Shown here piece by piece: positions 43,721 through 52,508 of a DNA stretch of 64,000 nt. How positions within the stretch are numbered: the stretch's first letter is position 1; each line of letters starts with the position of its first letter. Source of the stretch: Tortispora ganteri (taxonomy: Eukaryota); the NCBI GenBank assembly GCA_003707115.1, contig PPNB01000002.1:124001-188000 (forward strand). The letters are read 5' to 3'. A model generated the notes under the pieces. That model saw nothing but the letters and a program-made list of their open reading frames with translations, was not told the DNA's origin and searched no databases. Made by a program: the position numbers and the translations under genes.

Positions 43721-44368
43721 TCAGATAATGTGCTTGGAGCGGAAATAATGACGAAGGTATGTTACTTGCCACGCACCCAATGCCAGTAGACTTATAAGAG
43801 ATAACAATGAGAAGTACTTGACCCGATCATTGGTCGATTCGTTAGTGTCACGCATTCTTGTCTCTCTTGCTTGTAAATACTCGTTTGAGCGAATTACTTC
43901 GTCGAGGGTATCTTCGACTTTTTTTAGCTCTTGCTCAAGAGGTTTTAGTTTCTCCTTGACTTCCATGGCCTTATTCTCGCGATGTTCATCACCAATTTCA
44001 ACGTCAAGTTCAACATCACGACGAACACCTTCTGGTATGTTGCCCGGCCTTGTCCAAACGTTTTCCATACACACGTCGAACATTTGATCGTCATGCATAG
44101 TAAATGCTAGTCTTCGGGTGTCGAACACGTCCTTGGCCCTGCCATACTCGTTACCCAATGCATCTATAATGCGAACATTCACTGACTGTCCGTCGGACTG
44201 GGTTCCCCCGTATACTTTTATTTTAACAACAACCAGTGAGTCCTTCGTCACATAGTTCCTGATGCATTTTTCATGGATGTTAGGCGCGACCTGTGGAAGC
44301 ATATCAAACCTCAGTGCTGAAACCACCCTGGCCATCAAGCTCAGTAATGTAAGCACCTGCACAATCAT
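43721..44368 (-). CDS. ERV25: p24 delta cargo receptor Erv25/TMED10
   Basis: Signal peptide, GOLD domain (CIRNYV..CMEN), RMRDTNESTNDRV, TM segment, YLRHYFRSKHII tail. Confidence 0.95.
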   Translation of the reverse strand: MIVQVLTLLSLMARVVSALRFDMLPQVAPNIHEKCIRNYVTKDSLVVVKIKVYGGTQSDGQSVNVRIIDALGNEYGRAKDVFDTRRLAFTMHDDQMFDVCMENVWTRPGNIPEGVRRDVELDVEIGDEHRENKAMEVKEKLKPLEQELKKVEDTLDEVIRSNEYLQARETRMRDTNESTNDRVKYFSLLSLISLLALGAWQVTYLRHYFRSKHII

Positions 44369-45478
44369 TATTCCTTATGTGTTCCTCGTCTCTTTTTCGT
44401 TTACGATTAGCTCTCTGATTCTGTACACTATACTCACGCAGATACTGCCTTCTAACCGATTAATTCAATCCTCTGCCTCGAAGTAATCGTTCGTCTGTTA
44501 CGAAGGGGTGGAATTTCTCATGTTGCACTTAGTCGCGTAGGTAGGGTAATTTTTCTTTGTCCGAACCCTAAGGATCGCCTAACTATCTGTTACCATTTTA
44601 CCAAACGATGTTGTCTCTCTGATGCGTCCAAAATGCCACCCATTTTCTATTTCCTAATCGTATTTTAGGTACTTAATGTGCTATTGGATTATACCGTTGT
44701 TTATTGCTGCATTCTATTTATACCTTCTATACTTCAAGTCCTTAGTATTGTCCTGGTTGTAGGTACCACGATGATCCACTACCAATACTTCCACTATATT
44801 TGGTCTTTTAGACGCAATCACTGACGTCTTTCCGATCTAACCATAAATTTTAGCAACCAATCCTCAACAAGGCTTCTTTCTATTCTTTACTTTCTACCAG
44901 AAACGCGTCTTTTTTGGTTATTTCGGTCACTTTTGCCCGTTTGATTCCCGCTAATGTCATTTCGAGCTCGTTCGCCAATAGCACGAGAGACTATCACACA
45001 TTATATTCTTCTTTCTAGTATAAAAGTCTTCAGTATACAACTCAAGAACTGGACGTTAAAGTGTGTTCTGCTGCACAAATATATACATATATTGGAACAT
45101 ACTTTTCAGGCCACACGCTCTGCCGTTTGACCCTATACTTCTAGCCTTTCCACACAGCACTATGTCGGTTGCATCTTTGAACATGATTTACAATTAGCAA
45201 CGGTTCTACGTAGAATCACTAGTTACTCGAATATTCTCTGCGATAGGAACGTTTGAGAACCTTCTCTATACAACCATAATTTCATCTAGTTTATGATCGT
45301 TCAAGTTATAGCTTCATTGACGGTGCTAGCTATGCTTGTCTCAGTGTAGCCCCAACTATAATGGTGTAAGACTAACTACTTGTAAGCTCCCCCAAAGTGA
45401 ATATATAGTGTCATCTAGCCCTACTTCAGCATTTTACATAGCCAATTGGTCATGTAGCTCGTATCTTGAGGGTTAGGA

Positions 45479-46074
45479 GCCAAGGATTCTAGATATCATG
45501 TCGTCTTTTAAGCTGCTTAAGAATTTATAAAGCAACGTAGTATTATTATTGTCTTACATGACGAGAATTACATTCACCGGTTTAGTTAATTTTCTGCATA
45601 CAATCTCCTGGCTAGAAACTCATTGTATTCACAAATCAAATAAGTATATAAAATGGAGTTTGTTAGTAATCGATACATGTGCAGGAACCAAAAGTATATA
45701 GCATAATTCTTCTTCATCCGAATCGCAGTTTGCTTTCTAGAACCTTCTTATCTAATACATTGTAACAAATAATAATAAACTATTGTTCTTTTGTGTGATT
45801 GTAATGACCTCATAGTTATTTCAGATAAGTTGTAGCAGGTTGCATTACGCCAATATATGGTTATGTCAATCGAACGTTAAATAGTAAGGTATGGTGCTAT
45901 TGGCTATATAAATGCTATGGCTCCTTGGCAAATTACTACCTTTTGCCCCACAAGTTAGCCTCAGATTGGTGTGCAATCACGGCCACACGTACCTTAAAGC
46001 CAACGTTTTAGTCATGATTTAATCTAAAGTCACTTTAGGCTTTTTTTAGTCTAATATTTGATATAGCGGCCAAG
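45479..46074. promoter_or_regulatory. Cluster of four PacC/Rim101-type GCCARG sites
   Basis: GCCAAG at 45479, CCTGGC at 45607, CTTGGC at 45924, GCCAAG at 46069. Confidence 0.4.
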
Positions 46075-46740
46075 CTGTATATTATTTCCAGCATATAGGC
46101 CTCAATTTAGCTCCATTGGCATTGGCGGTGCCAGCCCGCGTAATCTTGTACCTGTCCAGCGGCCAACTATACATTCGTTCTTTATGGGCATTATTCTGCC
46201 GCAGAATAGTTTATATTTGTTGCATCTTGGAAATAGTAATGCTTATACCACCTTTGCAATGCGGCATTTAACATAGAGAAGATATAGCCGGTGGCATAGC
46301 GTTAGGAATATTTGCTCGAAGAACGACTGGTGTTTAAAAGATGCAGTGTGTATACTACCAGATCTAGTTCAATACATTTGTGTACATATAACCGAAAAAC
46401 TCTTGGTACAGTTACAAAGCAGCTTTATTTGTGAAATAGTGGATCCTCATTGGTGTACGAAAGAGAAACTGCAACTGTTTCGAAGTTACGTGGTAATACA
46501 GCAACCTTAACTTAAATGAGGTATTAAAAGACGCGAATTACCCAAACTCTATCGATCTAGTGTGACATTAGCAGCAAATGAGGATGCCAAAACTGCTTTG
46601 AAATATGAATAGCAATAGATCAATGACACCATGTTTTATTATAAATATGTGTAGTTTTTCCTTCTTTTTTACTATCAATTCATCTATTGAACATTCTCAT
46701 CTAATCTTCAAATCGATTTAATAACTATTTTTTTTTAACA

Positions 46741-47229
46741 ATGAAATTCGCTACTCTTTCCGCTGTCGCTGCTATCGCCACTGCCGCCCCTGCCTCAAGC
46801 GCTGGTCAATACACTCTTTCCATTCAATCTGATATTGAAGAGCTTGACGGTTTGCCTGTCGCTGCTTTCCATGAAGGTGCTGGTCTCAACTTCCTCTTCC
46901 TCGGAGACAGAACAATCTCCCCTCTCAATGTTAGCTTCGACGGCGTTAATTCTGTTTCCTGGGTCGTAAACGATCAGTACACCTTTTACATGTCTGTCCC
47001 TGGTGAGAGTTATTTCACTCTTTCGCCTGGTGATTCTATTGACAAAGATGTTGGCATCTACGATAACCATCTTTTCGCAAAAGCCACTGATAACTTTTAT
47101 GCTTGCCGTGGTCCTTCTGACAATATCGACCCTTACCGCTACTCTTTGACCTCCTATGCTCTCACTCTCGAGCAATTCACTGACGACTGCCACCCTGTTC
47201 AGGTTGTTGCCTCTCCTGTTGGTATTTAA
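46741..47229 (+). CDS. Secreted cell-wall protein, Pga29(Rhd3)/Pga30/Pga31-like, without GPI tail
   Basis: Signal peptide MKFATLSAVAAIATA, HEGAGLNFLFLG, FYAC....NIDPYRYS, terminal C.PV. Strong T/C third-position codon bias. Confidence 0.7.
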   Translation: MKFATLSAVAAIATAAPASSAGQYTLSIQSDIEELDGLPVAAFHEGAGLNFLFLGDRTISPLNVSFDGVNSVSWVVNDQYTFYMSVPGESYFTLSPGDSIDKDVGIYDNHLFAKATDNFYACRGPSDNIDPYRYSLTSYALTLEQFTDDCHPVQVVASPVGI

Positions 47230-47241
47230 AGAGTTGCACTC

Positions 47242-47294
47242 GCATTTAGCATTTAGCATTTAGCATTTAGCATTTCGCATTTCGCATTTCGCAT
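47242..47294 (+). repeat. 7-bp tandem repeat (GCATTTA)x4 (GCATTTC)x3 GCAT
   Basis: Read directly; begins 12 nt after the stop of the cell-wall gene. Confidence 0.95.
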
Positions 47295-47404
47295 ATTACG
47301 TAGTTAATTATTGATCCGTATATAATACAACGCATCATTTCACCTTCACTCGTAGCTAATTTTAAGTATCCCTTCCGGTATTATGTACTGAATAATGCCC
47401 ATCT

Positions 47405-48826
47405 CTATGAGCTTCCTTTCGTAGCTGCTTCGCTCGTATCAAAAGGCTTCCGGCGTCGCCTGTCGTTCCAACCTAGTGTCTCAGAAAGTGAAACAAACCA
47501 ATCTTCCTGGTCAATGCCATTGTGTATAAGCGGGAAAGGAAACGGCGATGCCGAGACCACTAGATAATCCCCTTGACAAAGTTCGACTCTCTCGCGGCCA
47601 TCGAAAGAACACCATGCAGTTGTTCGTGAGTTAAATGGTACCCCGACTTTCAACACAAGCGCATCAGGTACAACGAACGGACGAAATGAAAGAGTGTGCG
47701 GGCAGATAGGAGTTACAAGCATAGCTGGAAGCTCGGGATGAACCAGAGATCCGCCAGCTGATAGCGAATATGCAGTTGATCCTGTAGGTGTGGATATCAC
47801 TACTCCGTCAGCCTCGATGGCTGTAAGATGCTGATTGTCGCCATATAAGTCACATGACGACATTGTTGGGTTCGGTCCGCGGTCTAATACCACTTCGTTT
47901 AACACGGAATAAGTTGCGTGCGTAGAATGCGTCTTTTCTTCCGATATTAGCTCCTCGTCAAGGTTCCTGTTACCTTGCAGCTTTCCTGAAATATTGAGAG
48001 CTTTCATGAGCGTGACTTGGAATCGCATACGTAGCGAGCAGCGGACACCTTTGGCGAGAATGTCACTTATAACGGTTTCATGTTGTGCAAAGGAGTACTT
48101 GTTTAAGAATCCTAGAGATCCCATGTTAAATGTGAGTATCGGCGGTACAATTTCTTGGAACAGCCATGAGGTAAATAAGACAGTTCCGTCCCCACCAAGC
48201 GTAATGACCATATCTATAGGCTTCTGAAGCTTTGCCTGGAAGTCATCGATACTGTAGAGAATTATCTGTATGTCGTCTGATAGATCTCCTTGAAGACTTT
48301 TATGATCAAAAGAAGGATGGTCCCACACTTTGTCCTGTAACCATATTCTAAGTGGAGGAACGATATTTTGGAGCTGAGATGACAAGTAACGCACGAGTGT
48401 AGCTGTAGCCGCTATTGGTTGTGTATCGTATATTTTTGTGACCACCATGATTTGAGAGGCTTTGAGGTTTACTCTGCTGGCAGACAGGAGTCTGTTTAAA
48501 GATCTGATCTCGACTGTTAGTTGAGCCAGTTCCTTTCTGGTTAAGCTTCGAGAGCTTTTGCGAGCCGGCAAAATTGCATCAAGGCTGGCCAATTCCTTTC
48601 GATCGGAAGCTCTTCCACGCAAATCTATAGTGTGTTCGTTATTGTCTTCAAAGTCGGCGTCTTCTGATACAAAGCTAGATACAGAAGCACGGCGGTCTTT
48701 AATGCCTTTCATCGTTTCATCGGCATCGCGTTCCCAGTTAGCGACGTCCTGCATTGCCTTCTGCTGATGCCGCTCAAATAGCGAGTGTAACTGGCATTCA
48801 GGCGAAGTGGTGTTTTCTCCTTTCAT
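47405..48826 (-). CDS. NAD(+)/NADH kinase (Utr1/Yef1-like)
   Basis: ITLGGDGTVL, GSLGFL, LNEVVLDRG, ADGVVISTPTGSTAYSLSAGG, TPICPHTLSFRP. First ATG at 48826. Confidence 0.93.
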   Translation of the reverse strand: MKGENTTSPECQLHSLFERHQQKAMQDVANWERDADETMKGIKDRRASVSSFVSEDADFEDNNEHTIDLRGRASDRKELASLDAILPARKSSRSLTRKELAQLTVEIRSLNRLLSASRVNLKASQIMVVTKIYDTQPIAATATLVRYLSSQLQNIVPPLRIWLQDKVWDHPSFDHKSLQGDLSDDIQIILYSIDDFQAKLQKPIDMVITLGGDGTVLFTSWLFQEIVPPILTFNMGSLGFLNKYSFAQHETVISDILAKGVRCSLRMRFQVTLMKALNISGKLQGNRNLDEELISEEKTHSTHATYSVLNEVVLDRGPNPTMSSCDLYGDNQHLTAIEADGVVISTPTGSTAYSLSAGGSLVHPELPAMLVTPICPHTLSFRPFVVPDALVLKVGVPFNSRTTAWCSFDGRERVELCQGDYLVVSASPFPFPLIHNGIDQEDWFVSLSETLGWNDRRRRKPFDTSEAATKGSS

Positions 48827-49071
48827 CGCTATTGGCGGTTGTAATGCAAGGGCGGTACGCTGTAGAATAGCACAGGCACAATAGCACAGGCAGAAAGGGG
48901 GCAATTGCGTTTCTTAATTCCTAAGCGTAAGTTCTGGCTCTAGATTATAAAGCCGCACAACGGTTGGTGGGAGAGCCCACCTACATAACGACAGCCGAGT
49001 ATTTGCCTACAATAGAGAGGTGGGGTGTAACATTACATTTAACTTAAGAGACTGCTATTTAGTATACTGAG

Positions 49072-49494
49072 ATGCTGCGAATATTCGTTAAGAGAGCAGC
49101 TTTTAGCTGCGTCGCACGCCGACCACTGATCTGCATTCGTTTCGCAACCTCCTTGAGTGCCACTGGCGAGGTTATGCCGATCGACCGGTCTCATGAAACA
49201 CTCTCCGCCAAAAGAGCCCGGCTGCTGTACCAGAGCCGAAAACGTGGCATACTGGAGACAGACCTAATTCTTTCAACTTTTGCAAAAAAACACTTGGACT
49301 CTATGAGTGCCAAACAGCTGGAAGATTATGACAAGCTCCTTGACGAACAAGACTGGGATATATACTATTGGATTACGGACTCTTCTTATGCCAAACCTCT
49401 ACCTGAAAAATGGATTAACAATGATGTATTTTTGTTACTGAAGAAGCACGTAAACAGCGGCGGGAAGGGGGTTCTTCGCATGCCTGATCTCTGA
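49072..49494 (+). CDS. SDH5: Succinate dehydrogenase flavinylation factor Sdh5/SDHAF2
   Basis: RARLLYQSRKRGILETDLILSTFA, DWDIYYW, RMPDL. Confidence 0.97.
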   Translation: MLRIFVKRAAFSCVARRPLICIRFATSLSATGEVMPIDRSHETLSAKRARLLYQSRKRGILETDLILSTFAKKHLDSMSAKQLEDYDKLLDEQDWDIYYWITDSSYAKPLPEKWINNDVFLLLKKHVNSGGKGVLRMPDL

Positions 49495-49690
49495 CGTGTG
49501 ATTCATGTATGGTGTGAAAGATGGGGGCCTATTTAGCTGTGGTATATACTATTACGCGAAATATCAAACTAAAGACGATCATAGTTTACTATTTACATAC
49601 ATAAAGAGAATAGAATCTAGTGCGTTTACAACTGACCGTTCTTTTTAAAATTGTGTAAGATTCCTGCAGAGTGCTCTGCTTCTCTTGAAT

Positions 49691-50008
49691 TTACTCGTCC
49701 TTGATTCGGGCAAGGATCTCAGAGTCACGGAAAAGAAGGTAATCTTCATCTCCGACCTTGACAGTGGATCCACCAAAGGGAGGTATAAGCACGCGATCAC
49801 CTACTTTAACAGCAGGGCTCACAATGTTACCTTCAGGAGTAGTGCGTCCAGGACCTACTGCCAAAACAGATGCCTCCGAAAGCTTCTCGACGTTCTTCTC
49901 GGGGATATACAGACCCGATGCGGTCTTGTTCTCGGCCTTGAGGCGTTGGACGAGGACGCGATCCATCAAAGGGGTAATTGACTTGACATTTCTCAACTTG
50001 GTGGCCAT
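49691..50008 (-). CDS. HSP10: Mitochondrial co-chaperonin Hsp10
   Basis: PLMDRVLVQR, KTASGLYIPE, VLAVGPG, VKVGDRVLIP.FGG, FRDSEILA. Confidence 0.98.
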   Translation of the reverse strand: MATKLRNVKSITPLMDRVLVQRLKAENKTASGLYIPEKNVEKLSEASVLAVGPGRTTPEGNIVSPAVKVGDRVLIPPFGGSTVKVGDEDYLLFRDSEILARIKDE

Positions 50009-50092
50009 TTTTCTTTTCGTGAACTGTGAGACAATGAATTAGATAATCGGTAAAGTAGTCAAGTCCGGTTTAAATTTTAACTGGTCTGGTGC

Positions 50093-50110
50093 TTCGAGAG
50101 AATTCTCGCA
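50093..50110. promoter_or_regulatory. Imperfect heat-shock element upstream of HSP10
   Basis: TTCgaGAGaaTTCtcGCA, alternating nTTCn/nGAAn-like pentamers about 85 bp upstream of the ATG. Confidence 0.35.
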
Positions 50111-50609
50111 AAACCTTATTCTCACTTACTCCCCGCTTAAACCTTAAACTTGTCATCTGGTTTCCTCGGACCCATTCTCAAAAAAGCTACTATGTAGCTG
50201 CGTAGTAGTGTTCAAATGTAGAATCTTTGATTTAATATGGCTTGACTTATGTTGGTATAGCTCGGTGATCGGTCATACTCTGTAATGCTTCTTCCATATA
50301 AGGTACGTCGATGCTATGCATCGGCTCGCTTCCTTAGCAGCTTATAGGTCCCAGTAATCGTCAGACCCGTTCATAATGAGTATCTATTATATCTTTTATC
50401 AGTTAGCTTTGTAGTATATTGTATCCTTATCTATCATCACTAGTGTGCTTCTGAATCTAGGTCTGATTTATGAACTGTTTCTGGTTACTTTGTATGGTTT
50501 GAATGCATGATCTGAATCTACAATATTTCGAAAAATGTTATCCTATTCCCCAGATTTCCCAATTGAACCTACCTATTCTTATCATTGCATTTCCAAGTAA
50601 GGTATTTGC

Positions 50610-51437
50610 ATGATACCAAAATCACACATATCATCAATAGTATCGAAAACAATACGCAGAAAAATGCACATATGGCCCATAAAAATGCGATGGGGTACTG
50701 GTGATAACTATGCCTATGTAATTGCTGATTATCCTGGTACCAATGAAGCTGTCATTATCGATCCTGCCGAGCCAAAGGACTGTTTTACGCCACTCGACAA
50801 ACTCATCGCCAACTATAGCCTGAAGCTAATCGCAGGAATCAATACACACCACCATTACGATCATTCAGGAGGAAACAAAGATTTCAAGAAAAAGTTCCCA
50901 AACCTGCCTTTAATTGGCGGCAAAGACTCCCCACTTGTCGAGAAAGTCCCCGCACATGGTGAGAAATTCAAAATCGGCGACTTACAGGTCACGGCTCTGC
51001 ATACGCCTTGCCACACACAGGACTCTATCTGCTACTATGTAGAAGACAAAAAGAAAGATGAACGTGCTGTCTTTACTGGTGATACGCTTTTCATTGCTGG
51101 TTGCGGTCGCTTCTTTGAAGGAACCCCAACTGAGATGGACAAAGCCCTGAACGAGGTCCTTGCTTCGTTGCCTGATGATACTAAAGTATATCCTGGTCAC
51201 GAGTATACTGCTGGAAATCTCAAGTTTGCCAAAACTATACTGAACAATTCGAGCATAAAGGCACTGGATGAATTCACCAAAAGGAACGAAGTCACCGCAG
51301 GCGCCTTTACAATTGGCCAAGAGAAGAAACACAACCCTTTCATGATGCTGGAAGATAGCGAAGTTAAATCGAAACTTGGTCTTGATGATCGTGAGCAGAT
51401 AATGGCCCAATTGAGAGAGCTGAAGAACAAAATGTGA
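50610..51437 (+). CDS. GLO2: Hydroxyacylglutathione hydrolase (glyoxalase II)
   Basis: THHHYDHSGGN, HTPCHT.DSICY, FTGDTLFIAGCGRFFEG, PGHEYT, NPFM. Confidence 0.96.
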   Translation: MIPKSHISSIVSKTIRRKMHIWPIKMRWGTGDNYAYVIADYPGTNEAVIIDPAEPKDCFTPLDKLIANYSLKLIAGINTHHHYDHSGGNKDFKKKFPNLPLIGGKDSPLVEKVPAHGEKFKIGDLQVTALHTPCHTQDSICYYVEDKKKDERAVFTGDTLFIAGCGRFFEGTPTEMDKALNEVLASLPDDTKVYPGHEYTAGNLKFAKTILNNSSIKALDEFTKRNEVTAGAFTIGQEKKHNPFMMLEDSEVKSKLGLDDREQIMAQLRELKNKM

Positions 51438-52059
51438 TTATTATACCTCAAGGGCGATTACTGCTACACACGCTACAGATTGCCACTACGAACATATCGC
51501 ATTGTAAGTATATATGATATATATGGTAAATGTAGTACAACTGAAACAACAAATACTGAAGCATAGAGCTAGCAGTTTTCGTAAAAAATTTCAATAAAAT
51601 ACAAACGTCGCTCTTCCTCTGTTGTCCACACTCAGGCACGTCTTACGTTCGATTACCCAAGCTCTAGCTATTTCAGAGGTGTAAAAAACTTCGACTACAA
51701 ATACATCATACAAGAATTATGACAGACACCAGCCTACCATTGCTATCTACAACAGCGTCAAGTACATCGTGCTCGACGATGATTAATTGGTGAGTAATAA
51801 ATTCTCGCTTATATAGTTATAGGGTCCAGGGTATATAATGACTGAACCAAACACCTGAGGTAAACCAGAATGTCATATAGTACTTCTATGTTCGCATACA
51901 TGGCATATATAATTGAAATAAGGCGGTGTTAAACCTAATAAGCGCACAGAGTACTTTAATATATGTTATTATTAGAATTGTAAAAGATAAAATGACAATG
52001 TAGAGCGTGTAATTCTAACCTTGTTTACAGTATATATAGCTTAAACTATAATTACTTTC

Positions 52060-52179
52060 GGTTGCGGCCATATCCAGCAGAAAACACCGTTCCCCGTCCG
52101 ATCAACTGTAGTTAAGCTGCTGAGAGCCTGCTTAGTACTCTGGTGGGAGACCACAGTGGAATCGTAGGTGCTGCAATCT
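52060..52179 (+). rRNA. 5S rRNA gene, copy 1
   Basis: 120 nt, GGTTGCGGCCATATC...CCGTCCGATCAACTGTAGTTAAGCTG...GGTGCTGCAATCT, closely resembling S. cerevisiae 5S. Followed by T-runs; TATATATA at 52031-52038. Confidence 0.97.
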
Positions 52180-52266
52180 TTTTGTGTTTTTGGCATAAAT
52201 TGTATTATTTTTAATATGAAATTATTCAGCGGAGCATCTTCTATTCCATAAATCGCAGTTACTTGC

Positions 52267-52386
52267 GGTTGCGGCCATATCCAGCAGAAAACACCGTTCC
52301 CCGTCCGATCAACTGTAGTTAAGCTGCTGAGAGCCTGCTTAGTACTCTGGTGGGAGACCACAGTGGAATCGTAGGTGCTGCAATCT
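52267..52386 (+). rRNA. 5S rRNA gene, copy 2
   Basis: Identical 120-nt sequence, followed by ATTTTTGCTTTTT (Pol III terminator). Confidence 0.97.
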
Positions 52387-52508
52387 ATTTTTGCTTTTTG
52401 ACATATTTGCCGCATCTTATTTACATTTTTGGCCTTCGTTTATCGCCACGGACGCGTAATCGTTTCCAACTATAACTATACTCACGTAATATATTAGCTG
52501 CCTTAGAT

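Noticed and set aside
44500..46700. LTR or transposon remnant in the long intergenic region
   Set aside because: No terminal repeats, target-site duplication or transposase/RT fragments were seen.
46795..47259. 154-aa antisense ORF
   Set aside because: It is a shadow of the codon-biased cell-wall gene on the opposite strand.
47242..47294. Repeat as CRISPR array or telomere seed
   Set aside because: Eukaryotic context with no spacers, and no evidence that it matches a telomeric unit.
50245..50345. tRNA-like start GGTATAGCTCGGT
   Set aside because: No T-loop GTTCRA and no cloverleaf could be built.
51448..52020. Short ORF fragments between GLO2 and the 5S genes
   Set aside because: No consistent frame, splice pattern or recognisable homology.
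52041..52415. 124-aa minus-strand ORF with an internal repeat
   Set aside because: It is the antisense reading of the two 5S rRNA genes.
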